A stretch of 64,000 nucleotides of DNA from NCBI GenBank assembly GCA_038087875.1, contig CM076001.1:1180001-1244000 (forward strand), given 5' to 3'. The stretch comes from Malacoraja senta (Eukaryota). The notes beneath the pieces are model-generated. The model searched no databases. It had not been told where the DNA came from and saw only the letters and a program-made list of their open reading frames with translations. Positions 12,114 to 23,632 of the stretch are shown here, in pieces (position 1 is the first letter of the stretch; each line of letters starts with the position of its first letter). A program made the translations under genes and the position numbers.

Positions 12114-12296
12114 GCTGCAGCTGTTTTACTAGTTGTCTTTGGGGACCAATTTCCACCTGTTTGTAAGAGGGAGTCTCTCTGTAAAGCAGAGTTTTTGCAG
12201 CATGCAATCAGAGTCTGTAAGATTGTAGCAGATTACATTGTAGACTCCATCAGATTGATCCAGGAATCTAAAGCATGGCTCCACACAGCTTTCTGA
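12114..12296 (+). CDS. Terminal coding exon of the same gene (AAAVLLVVFGDQFPP...WLHTAF*)
   Basis: Acceptor TTGCGTTTCTCAG|, phase 0 matching the previous exon, protein-like composition, TGA stop. Candidate AATAAA signals lie downstream (~12849, ~13173). Confidence 0.7.
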   Translation, partial: AAAVLLVVFGDQFPPVCKRESLCKAEFLQHAIRVCKIVADYIVDSIRLIQESKAWLHTAF

Positions 12297-14155
12297 TGTG
12301 CTTTGTCATTACTCTCGTTGATAAATGCACTTTATCACATGTCTAGATTGTGTTTAGAAATATGACAAGGTGTCATTGGCCTTGGCTGCAGAAATTAACT
12401 TTCGTCTCCCAGACCCATCGCAAGACTTTTTAAGTCACAGTGGTAGTAGAGTGAACTGCTTTAAAATTAAGGCATCACAACAACACATTAACTTGCATAA
12501 TGTGTTGCTACTGGCTGAGGGACTGAAATCCTGTACAATTGGTGTTGTCAGCAACAAAATTCAGCAACAAAACACAAACAAATCAAAAAGGTTTAATCTT
12601 TGGGGTATTATTTACTGCTTTTACCACCAGACCTGTTGCACTGTTTGCTCAGATAATACTGGCAGAGAGAATCCAACACTATTTTCCATCTCTTCGTTAA
12701 TATGGATGAAAAATCAGCACAGGGCAGACCTCAGATCCTTAATGAAATGTGCTATTTTTTTTCTATGTTCATTTAAATTAATTAAAAACTGGACAGCTTC
12801 ATTTTGATGATGCGAACTCTGCCTCATTTTCTGTATACAAACAATGCAAATAAAGGAATAGGGAATTCTGCCTCATCTCTTCTGCTCCTCATAGTTCAGT
12901 TGATCCTCGCTGGAAAATTTAGACTGAGCCTGTGTTTATCACGAGAAACTATGTGCGCCTTATTGCCTTCCTAAGACTCATACCTGGATTAATGCACTAT
13001 TTCAAAAAGCAAAAGTCTGCAGATGCTATAAATCTGACATCCTGAGAGTTATTACAGTGGTTGCATGTCTATTAAGGGAGTTAATAGGTGATTTTGTACA
13101 ATTACAGTTTTTGTTTGATGATTGCAAACTAGGTTGTTCATTAATTATAACAACCAACTCAAATAAGGCACAATAAATAAACCTGAGTATTTCACAGAAA
13201 GGTGCTAAAACTATCTTGATAAAGCAATAATTTTTAAGATTTTGAATAAATTATAATTGTGATAAAATGTGTTTTCTGTTGTTTTCATCAGAATTCCTCA
13301 GTCTTTCATTGGCTCTTTTTATTTAAAGTAAATTCCAAAATTTCAGAAATAGATGCATATGATTTAATTACTTCCAAAGCTCAATTACTATTATCCTCAA
13401 GCAAAATGTCTGGTTTGATTGTATGAATGTTGTAGTTTTCCAGCTAACAGTGTGGTAGATGTTAAAAATCATCAAAGGTGAATTGAATGATAGAGATTTG
13501 ATGTCTCACTGCTCCTGATATAGAATAAGTAACATTTGAAAGTCATGGGGTAATAATAGTAAGATTAAACGAGAACTTACCCAAGTTTGAAGTTTGATCT
13601 TTATTTTATGAGGAGTTACGTAGGTGATTACGTGAAGAACCCCGCCAGTGCGCCTGCGCGTCAATCTTCAAAGCAGCGGTGTGAAATCACAAAAAACAAC
13701 AATCGAAGTAATATAGTCTCATAATAAAACGAGTACTACAAGAACTTCCATCTGACCTTTATGATAGAGGGTAGGGTCGTGGTGGGCACGTAATCACCTA
13801 CGTAACTCCTCATTAAATAAAGATCAAACTTCAAACTTAGGTAAGTTCTCATTTAATCTTACTATTTTACTTCGGAGTCACGTGAGTGACTACGTGAAGA
13901 TTTTAAAGCTTTGTGATTTCATGCCGTAGATCAATCCCGGCTTCTCACTGCATTGATTGACTCGGAACGAGAATAATCAATCATGCATTCATAATAACAT
14001 TTGTACCACAAATGCAGTAATTCATTTCAATAATGAAATTAATCAGATCCCCTTTAAACCAGAGGAATTTACACAGAACTTAAAATAGTTTCTGCAAACA
14101 ATCCCGCATTAACAATAGGCCGATGGTAAAAATGTTGAAACATCAACTCATTGGA

Positions 14156-14800
14156 TCACCTGGCGGCTGCGAGGATATGGTCGACGGGGACGTCTTTTGC
14201 CCTGGCCGCCGACGTTTCTGCTGCCCTAGTCGAGTGAGACGTAAATACATAAGTGTTAATACCAGCAGCTGTTAAGACTTCTTTTATCCATCTGGAAATA
14301 GTCTGTATTGAAACTCTCTTGTGTGGTTTCTTGTGTGTGATCAACAACCCAGTTTCCGTATTTCTCAAATTCTTTGTGACCTCAATGTATTGTAACAAAT
14401 ATGTCTTAACACAGAGACAAGGATCATTTGGATATGCTGCTAGCATAATTTTAAATCCTGTCACACCTGGCCTAATTTGCTTTAGTAGGTCATAGATATA
14501 GAATGTAACCTTGTCTTCAGTTACTGCCATACTGTCTATTTGTAATTTTCCAAGTGTTTGCACTCGTTGTGCTGTCACTCATGCCATAAGCATGAATACT
14601 TTCATACTGAGCTTGGCCAAAGGTAAAGACACACTTGGTGACCATTTACGAAGTAGTTTCAGTACCACACTTACATCCCAGATTGTCATGTACCTAGGTT
14701 TCAGTGGTTTGGAATTAAAGATTCCTTTCATTAGTCTGGAAACAATTGGGTGTGACCCAATTGGGTTTCTTTCTGAATCCAGAACCAAATATGAGGACAA
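14156..14800 (-). pseudogene. DIRS tyrosine recombinase (disrupted)
   Basis: HPIVSRLMKG..WDVSVVL, TAQRVQTL (catalytic R), SHSTRAA (HxxR), ILAAAR. In-frame stops are present. Confidence 0.88.
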
Positions 14801-15035
14801 TGCACTTCTTGCTGAATTAATTGCACTACAACTCAGACCTTCATCATAATAAAGTTTTGACAGAAATTCTAAACATTTGAAATATCTGCAGTACTATATT
14901 GCACATTCTTTTGTACACAGAACTCTTCCCATTTCTTAATATAAGAAAGGTACTATTTTTGAGTGCTCTTCCTCCAGGCTGCCGTAAGCATGTCCACAGT
15001 ACGCTCAGACAGTCCGCGCCCCAGAAAAGGCCTTC

Positions 15036-15600
15036 TTAAAACCTGCAAATCAACAAATCCAAACGATCATATAATGGATGTTGTTCCCCTGTTACAGGGT
15101 GCAGCAATAAATTACTCCTTTTTGGGACTTTCATCAACATTTGTGTTGTTAATTCTAATATCAACGGATACCATGGCAGTGTAGGCCAATCTGGTACTAC
15201 CAATACCCCTGAAGCACCATCTTGCCTGATTTTAAGCAAACATTGGCTTCTGAGGCAGAAAGGTGGAAATATATATGAAAACATACCACCCCAATGTAGC
15301 GAGAAAGCATCAATCGCCGCTGCTCCTGGATCTGGTTCCCATGAGACATATCTCGATAGCTGATGATTCAAGTCGATGTCGGGCATTCCAAATCTGATTA
15401 CTATATCATTGAATACCTCTCGATTCAACATCCATTCTTTATTTTCATGGCACTTTCGTGACCTGGTGTCTGCTATCGTGTTCATTCTACCTGGTAGATA
15501 GATAGCTGAAATCCAAATGTTCTTTTCAATACACCAAGACCAAAGTTGATTAGCCATTTTGTCACATGACACCGACTTAATTCCACCCATATCATTAATA
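15036..15600 (-). pseudogene. DIRS DNA N6-adenine methyltransferase-like domain (disrupted)
   Basis: EWML...PDIDL...YVSWEPDPGAAAIDAFSLHW...YIFPPF...VVPDWPTLPWYP directly after the RNase H remnant. Confidence 0.78.
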
Positions 15601-16900
15601 TAGGCAACTGCTGTTGTGTTTATCAATTTGAACTTGAACATGCCTTTTAGTTGTGTTAGAACAATAAGCTTGGAGTCCATAGAAACATCCTAAAAGCTCC
15701 AAATAGTTAATTCCCCATGTCTGCAGTAACAATGACTCTTCCTGATTCCATCTGCCTTCGCAGCTAGATGTTAAGTCAGTTGCACCCCATCCTAGTGCAC
15801 TGGCATCAGTTTGTAATATCATGGAAGGTTGTTCAATCAGCACTTTGCCGGAACTGCTTGAGACATGTAGAATCCACCACTGCAGATCAGAAACAGCATT
15901 TGTTGTTAGTTGCATGGTTTTATCAAAATGACCAGCATTCATTCTCAGTGCCTGTTGTTTAACTCTCTGCAGCTGTTGATAATGTAATGGTCCGTACTGA
16001 ACTGCTGGGAATCTACTAATTTTCCCAGTACTCGAGCCACCTGTCTGATTAAGGGTTTTTGCTCGTTTAACAGATTACTGCAATCTTTAATCAACTCCGC
16101 CCTTTTTTCACTGGGCAAAGTAATTTTCATTTGGGCTGAATCAATTGTGAACCAATCGAGGTACATGTTGTTAACCTTGATTTCTTTGGATGAATGTAGA
16201 AATCCCCAAACTTTCAAAAGTTGATTTCACAACTGCAACAGATGCTTCTGTTGACTGTTTTGTCCTTCCTATAATCAGGACATCATCCAAGTATGCCATT
16301 AGTACATGCCCCTGGCTTCTCAGCAACCCCAGAATTGATTTTAACAATTTTGTGAATATTCTGGGAGCGGACGTTAACCCATTAGGCAGAGCTTTGAACT
16401 GCCCTAACTGGTTCATCCATGTAAATTTAAGATACTTCATATCTTCCAAGTGAACAGACACTGAATAATATACATCTTTTAAATCTATAGTTGCCATAAA
16501 ACATGCTTCTGAGATAAGTTGTTTGGCAGTACAAATGTCTCCATTTTAAAATGTCTAACTTGAACAAAAGGATTCAGACTTGTCAAGTCTATAATAATCC
16601 TACATCCTCCATCCTTTTTTGATCGAGGGAATATATTTGACACAAATTGGTGAATTTGGTAGACTGATTCTTCAATAACACCTTTTATATATAGGGTTTG
16701 AAGTGCAGCTTGAACCTCCATCACTTCTTTTTGTGCAAAGTGGAGAGTTCTGCTAGGAACATGCTGGACAGGCAAATCATAATTTGGATTGAATTCAATT
16801 CGAAATCCTTGTATATTATTCAGAATTACCACATCTGAAGTAATCTTCTTCCAATTGTTATAGAAGAAACGTAATCTGCCTCCAACCTTTGGACTTAATC
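15595..16900 (-). pseudogene. DIRS reverse transcriptase / RNase H (frameshifted)
   Basis: VGGRLRFF..W, FVSNIFPRSKKDGGCRIIIDL..LN, TIDLKDVYY, LPNGLTSAPRIFTK, AYLDDVL; RNase H QTDAS..GWG, INYLEL. Confidence 0.9.
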
Positions 16901-18043
16901 CGGTTAGTATGTTCCCATGAGAACCAGGTCCACCTACCTCTTGAGTCATTTGAGTACTCTGAGATCCCTGGATTCTCCCGGAAGCACCCCCACTGGTTCT
17001 TGCTCCCGCTGCAGACCGCCAGCTACGTCCCTGCGTTAATGAGCGACTTGGTCCTGGTCCAGGATCCGTATGACGTCTGAAAGGATACTTCCTCTTTACA
17101 GACTTTACAACCATTGATGTTTTCATCAATCCTGTTTTCGCTTCATCTTCCAACTCTTTAATACGTCTCCCGAGATCCTCTCCAAAGAGTAAGTTGGGTA
17201 ATTGTACATTACTTGGTTTGCAGAGTGCTGCGAATTTCGGATTCATAGTAGGCCGTATAGCACCTTTCCTCAGACAATTGATCTCGAAGTGGGTGCTGCA
17301 TAGCAACCCCAGTGCTTCCTGATGCAACTCCGTCATCTCTTGGCTTTTATCCGCTATTCTGGCAAAAGCAGTTATTCCAGAACCCAGCAGCTTTAATATT
17401 CTCTGCAATTTCACTTCTTGAGTTCTCATACTAAACTCATATTTTCTTGCATTCTCATCCATCTCCTGCTGTTCCAGCTGATGGGAAACCAAGTAATTTA
17501 TTAGGGAGGCCAATTCTTCTCCTAATGGCTCTCCTGACCCTGACGGGGCAGCGAATCGTACTGCCAGGGATGGAACATCTGGCAGCTGCCGTTCTTCGCC
17601 TTGTACAGCCTCACCGTCAGAGTCGGGGTCTGAAATCTCATGACCTGTGGCACGCTCCTCATCCCTGAGGGTGCATTCTATCAGCCCTGTACCAGGAGCT
17701 GTTGAGCTGCTTTCAGCAGCTTGGATTTCAGTACACTCTTACCTGAGTGTGCTTCGCTCCAACAGCCTATGTAGCAGGCTTTCCATTTGGGCAATACGTT
17801 TAAAAGCAGTATCTAGCCCTGGAGCTTCTTCCATTTCCATTTCCTGGGACTCCTCCTCCGTGGCCCGTTACGATTTGAACTTGGCCTTGCGCCCGATAGG
17901 CGCTGACTGCCCCAGGTCCACATTCGCTATGCTCACCGCTGGCGACTGTACCGGGGTTAGAGGCGGTTGGTCGCTAACCGCAGACTCCCGACTTTCTGTC
18001 GGCTGAGTCGCTCGCCTCTTCCCCCTGCCCGTTTTTTCCATGG
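16900..18043 (-). pseudogene. DIRS gag-like ORF1 (disrupted)
   Basis: ORFs 16485-17513 (LQRILKLL..., LRKGAIRP.MNPKFAALC..LLFGEDL) and 17868-18065 lie upstream of RT, in the ORF1 position. Confidence 0.65.
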
Positions 18044-18256
18044 CGTCTGTGGAAAAAATCCCCACAGACCCACAGTAAACGGACCTGAAAATACTGAAAA
18101 AAGTTTTTACTTTCCTTGTAGTTAAAAACCTACAAATCCATTAGAGGAGTCACGTCCGTTTGCGTCAAGGTGTCTGACGTAATGACACGCAGGCGCACTG
18201 GCGGGGTTCTTCACGTAGTCACTCACGTGACTCCGAAGTAAAATAATAAATATAAC

Positions 18257-18467
18257 CTGCAGATGTTGCTTTATATCAAAGATAGACTCAAAATGCTGGA
18301 GTAACTCAGCAGGTCAGGCAGCATCTCTGGAGAAAACGGATAGGTGACATTTCAACACAGTACCTTTCTTTAGTCTGAAAAAGGATCTCGATCCGAAATG
18401 TCATTTATGCATTTTCTCCAGAGATGCTGCCTGACCCGCTAAGTTACTCCAGCATTTTGTGTCTATG
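18257..18467. mobile_element. Short palindromic Penelope-pLTR-derived element
   Basis: Arms ATAGACTCAAAATGCTGGAGTAACTCAGCAGGTCAGGCAGCATCTCTGGAGAAAA and the inverted copy. The centre carries a degenerate CTGAAAA..GGATC..GATCC GAAATGTC. Confidence 0.75.
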
Positions 18468-19269
18468 TTTGGAAAGTCATGAGATTTGCAATGACTTTGG
18501 CCAACAAAATCAAAATATCCCTTGACAATATATCACCTTCTGTCTTTTGACTACTTGTTTACTTCTTAAGTATTTGAAGTACTATTTCATCCTTTAATAA
18601 ATTTAGTACAATGGTACAGTAAGCCGGTAAACAGATGATTTGTTGGTTCAGATTCATTTTCACTTAGCAGGTTAAAGATTTTTATCAAAATATTGGACAT
18701 TTCTGCAGCTATCTAGTCACTCATTTACGCTAATTGTAATAACAATTCTTATCCTGTCAAGTGTGTAAGATTATTAAATTATATGCCTTTAGGTTACCCA
18801 TGAAGGAACAAAATTACACTGATTCCTGTCTAGACATGCAATTAAAATTTGAATCATAGAGAGAATACATTTGACTTCATATATTGCTTTCTCTATGGGT
18901 CAAAAATGTTCAAACGTTTTCAATGAGTTGTTTTGTTTTGGAAGTATAGGTACTTCTACAAACAAAATAATAACTTTGTGCTGCAAATGATCATTTACTG
19001 TGGTAATGTATGAGTAACTGGTTAATCTGATTTGACAATGTTGCCTGAGTGAAGAATATTAGCTATGACAATGGAAGAATTTCTCACTGTAGTTCAAATT
19101 ATGTCACAGGATTTAATATGTTCACCATAGCGACCAATGTTTGATTCAGGTTAACTTATTCAAAACACAACATCTCTGCCAAAAATCCCCGCCAAAAGTA
19201 CTAGTTTAGCTCAAGGATCAGACGAGCACTGGCACAATGGCACTGGTAAGAGTGCTATCCATTGTTCAC

Positions 19270-19483
19270 GTCATAGGAGCACAATTGGGACTTTCAGCCC
19301 ATCATGTTTACTCCACCATTGAATCATAGCTGATCTATCCTTCACTCTTGACCCCATTCCTCTGCCTTCTCCCTGTAACCTTTGATACCCTTACTAATCA
19401 AGAATCTAGCAATCTCCGCTTAAAAAATTCCCAAATACTTGGCCTCCACGTTCATCTGCGGCAATGAATTCCACAGATTCACA
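19270..19483 (-). mobile_element. CR1 3' end remnant
   Basis: Resembles the CR1 3' end at 23650-23880 (CCACCATTGAATCATAGCTGATCTA...CAATGAATTCCACAGATTCAC). Confidence 0.65.
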
Positions 19484-19597
19484 CTTAACTTTAGTGTGAA
19501 GTTAACTAGAAGGAAGCAAAATGTGCCTTGCCATTTTGTAATTTAATTTGTATTGTCATATATCACCTTATATTTGAAAACAGACAATATATGAAGG

Positions 19598-19667
19598 TAT
19601 AATAATAATAATAATAATAATAATACATTTTATTTATATAGCGCTTTTCAGGACTCAAAGTCGCTTA
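19598..19667 (-). mobile_element. Extremely 5'-truncated L2 (3' tail only)
   Basis: (AAT)n-ACATTTTATTTATATAGCGCTTTTCAGGACTCAAAGTCGCTT is nearly identical to the L2 tail at 43083-43143. Confidence 0.8.
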
Positions 19668-21789
19668 TCAGTGTATATTTGCATATGGCATATCCAATTA
19701 ATTCCATAATATCTAAGATATATTATGTGGTTGAAAATAATGTCTCTATAAATCTGGACCATATATGTTACCTATTTATTTTCTCACATTAAAATAAACA
19801 ATATCAATCATTAATGTAGATTGCTTTGTTTAGTGGTTATTGATATCTTACACAGCTTTTTTTGCAGATAAATTTAAAGGATTGATTGCTGTGGAATAGA
19901 CCTTTTTCATGTAGGCCTTGAAAGTTCGTCAACATCCCTCTCCCATCACTGATGACACAGCATTTTGGACTGATTTCTCGGTCCCAAATTATGTTTGGTG
20001 TTAAGATTAAAGCCTTTACTCGGTTTTCTACACCTCAAACTTAACTACAGCCCAAGGGCCACGTCATTAACCTGATGTTGTGTATCAATAGCATCTAGGT
20101 ATTTGTTATGAAACGTAATATCATCTAAACATGCTAATTCTTTCACTGTAATTTCACAGCCTTTACATATATCTATTATAATATCTTGCGATATTACTAT
20201 TTGTTGCAACTTGTCACTAGAGTGGTAATTTGTGTATTTGGCAGTGAAAGTTACTGAATTAAATTGTTATCTTATATTTACACAATATTAATTTATATTG
20301 CTGCTTAACAAAAGCAAATTGTTGCCTGTGACTGCACCAGAACAAAGCTGGTGCTTCACACAGCACCGAGACCTGGCATTGGTTGCAGCAGTAATAAATT
20401 ACATACAAGTACAGCAGAACAATAACAAAAAACTGCTAGCCGTCCATTTAATACATTTACAAGAAATCAATATCAATACTTAATGCAGCCCTGATGAAAA
20501 ATGAGGAAAGACACAGAAAGCATAATAAATGTGAAATGAAGTACCTTACAGTTCTCCACTTTTAAGGAAAAAGCTAGCTGTCTATATTTTCATGTTCTAA
20601 GATATTTCACAGATGGTAAGCTTTGAAAAAAGGTTTCCTGATCATAAATTTTTTATAGGATCCAGTTTATCTGTTACATTTTATTCTACATGCATACATA
20701 CTTTATTTCTAGAGGTTTTAAAAATTATATTTTTGAAGAAATGAAATATAGACAACTTGGCATATATTTATAAATTTTGAAATGAAACTTTTGAGTCACA
20801 ATTTATTCCTCCAATTTAGTGCATTTTTGTGCAAATGAAATGTTATATATCTGAGTGTGCTGTAGTAACATAATATGTGGTATATCGGAGCATTTGCTGA
20901 ATCATAAAATCAACAAAAATAAAGCATTTGCACCTCCCCAATTTTTACAGGTATAAGGCTCAGATTTCTCCTCTCCCTGTCCACAAACAACATTATTTCT
21001 TATTCCCCAGATGAATGTTTATTCTGACCAGTTCAACTATGGTTGCCATATAACAGCAAATTAATTTGGTTGTCTGCAAAGAGAAGCTTGCAAAGGAATA
21101 AAGTTATTGAATAGCCAGAGAAAATTTAAAAAATGGGTATAACAAGGAAAGAGGAAAAATTGAGCGAGGGATAAATAGATAGAAAATTAAGGCAGAAGGG
21201 AAAGTAGCGCTATACAAAGAATGCAACAAAAAAAAGCTGAATAACGTCTTAGACAGTAAGCTCTACTGGAGCTTTGCTGGTATAGTTATTTTTGATAGGA
21301 GAGGCTGCAGAACATCTTGCCATCCATGAAAACATATTTGAGAGTTTCTAATTTAACAAGAGACCTGCAAAAAAATCATTGTCTGATAAAAAGATGATTA
21401 GGTTTATTTATTTTGCACTGGAATATGAGGAATATGAGAATGTGAAAGGTTGCAAACTTTTGTATTTGGCAGATAAAAAATATGACATTGGTGCAAGAGC
21501 CACAGAGTTCAGTTTCAATTGAATTCCCCTTGAGTAGCAGATCTTTTAGGAGAGATGCTAAAAGTGTGGTGAACGCAGTTTAAAAAGCTTAACGTCTGTA
21601 ATGGAAGATTGGAACTGAATTGACAACCTATTTAGAAAAGAAAAATATATACTTGAAATGTGCATCATATTTCTCAAAGCCTCCTCAAAATTGGTTATGT
21701 AGGAAATGAAATATGTATTTAACCCATAGATGCAACAAATAGCAATTAGGCGGTGCTGGTTAAAAGAGTATGTATGGCCATCATAAGGT

Positions 21790-22925
21790 ACAGACTATCA
21801 ACTGCACCTACTACAAATCCACTGACTCCCACAGTTATCTGGACTAGACCTCCCACCCTGCCTCTTGCAAAGATGCTATCCCCTACTCTAATTGTTTCTG
21901 TCTTTGCTGCATCTGCTCACAAGATGAGGCTTTCCATTCTAGGACATCCAAGTTAAACATGGTTTCTCCCACCTCCTGCTGTCATAGATGGATCCCTCAC
22001 CCATGTCTCATTCGTGTCCAGTAATTCTGTTCTCGCTCGTCCTTCCCCCAGACTGATCCTCACCTTTCACCCCACCCGCCTCAGCATCCAACATCTTTTC
22101 TCTGACATTTCTGCCACTTTCAACGTGATCCCACCGCCAGTAACATCTTCCCATCCCCACCCCTTTGTTCCTTCCACAGAGACTGCTCCATCCACAATTC
22201 CTTGGTTCACTCATCCCTCCCCACCCAAATCACCTCTTCCCCTGGTACTTTTCCTGCAAAAGCAGGAGATGTAACATCGTTCCCTCTACCTCCCCCCTCA
22301 TATCAAGCATAGACTAGGTGACTGTTTCACCAAACACTTGCGCAAGGTCTACCAAGGCCTACTGGATCTCCCAGTTGCTAACCATTTTAACTCCCCTTGC
22401 TATTCCCACACTGACATTCCTGACCTGGGCTGTGTCCATTGCCAGAGTGAGGCCACACACAAACAGGAGGAACAGCTCCTCATATTCCATCTAACCATAT
22501 AAACATTGAATTCTCCAATTTTAGATATCTACCCCAAAACACCCCACCCCTCTTCCCCGTATCCCACCTGGACATGCACCCAGTTCTTGCCTCCCGCTTC
22601 CCATCCACCTATAGTCCTTCTACTGGCTTCACAGTTTGCATTTCTATCCTTATCACATATCTTTTTGTATTTTCATCTCTGGTTTTGTCCAACCATCAGC
22701 CTATGCAAATCCCCCCCTCACTTATATCCACCAATAATTCACCAGGCTTTCTCCTGCACATCCTCCGTTCCAGCTTTCAACCCCCGCCACCCTTCAGACA
22801 ATCATTGAAGAAGAGTCTCGATCCGGAACGTCACCGATCCATATTATCCAGAAATGCTGCCTGACCCATGAGTTACTGCAGCACTTTGTCATTTTTTGTA
22901 AACAAGCATCTTCAATTCCTTGAGT
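21790..22925 (+). mobile_element. Degenerate Penelope-like element with pLTR
   Basis: Remnants of TACTACAAATCCACTGACTCCCAC (YKPTDSH-like), LILTFHPTRLSIQH, PGTF.C...C, VANHFN. The pLTR at ~22800-22925 has a decayed hammerhead-like core. Confidence 0.75.
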
Positions 22926-22927
22926 CT

Positions 22928-23058
22928 TCAGTCTGAAGAAGGGTTTCGGCCCGAACGTTGCCTATTTCCTTCGCACCTTACATGCTGCCTCACCCGCTGA
23001 GTTTCTCCCGCACTTTTGTCTACCTTCGATTTTCCAGCATCTGCAGTTCCTTCGTAAA
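22928..23058 (+). mobile_element. Solo Penelope pLTR (hammerhead-like core) inserted at the 3' end of the older Penelope
   Basis: CAGTCTGAAGAAGGGTTTCGGCCCGAACGTTGCC...; flanked by CATCTTCA(A/G)TTCCTTG(A/T)GT at 22907-22925 and 23059-23077. Confidence 0.75.
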
Positions 23059-23293
23059 CATCTTCAGTTCCTTGTGTATCCTTTATGCATGTCTTATTGT
23101 TCTGGAATACTTGATCTCTACTCAAATCACTAGAATAGATATATGACATGCCCTCAATACTTGATTATTGATTCAAAATCTATCCTTAGCTCTCTCATTA
23201 GACATTTAGCTCATAACTGTTTCATATGGTGGAACTAAGTTAATACCGTTTGAAGATAATACATGCTACAACATTATATGTCTGATATCTATC

Positions 23294-23325
<32 letters not shown>

Positions 23326-23632
23326 TTCTATTCTTTATACTTATAAAACTCTGATCTTGGATGTGTGTGTATTGTGCGATGTTCGTGTGCGTTTCACATC
23401 TCGAAAACACGACGTGCGTAGTAGAGAATTAGGGGTAGAGGAAAGAAGAGTGAGCCGGTGAGAGTTATAGAGTCATCGAAAGGGAGAATAAGTGAGAATT
23501 TGTTAGGAAGTCACGGAAAGTTAGGGGAGTCAAGCAGTGACGGGAGAAGGCGGGAGGCCCAGGGAGAGGGCAGAGGTTAATAGAGAGAGAGGGGTCGAGT
23601 AAGTGTTGATAGGTACTGAGCAAGTTGCGGCA

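Larger units (their letters stand above)
13555..18244 (-). mobile_element. DIRS1-type tyrosine-recombinase retrotransposon, structurally full length, ORFs disrupted
   Basis: Inverted termini sharing CGTGAAGAACCCCGCCAGTGCGCCTGCG(C/T)GTCA (13630-13663 and 18183-18215). ICR at 13787-13900 is complementary to both outer ends. gag, RT, RNase H, methyltransferase-like and YR remnants are in the expected order. Confidence 0.93.

Noticed and set aside
12370..12807. 145-aa ORF after the stop codon
   Set aside because: Lies in the presumed 3' UTR, has no ATG at the given start and shows no motif.
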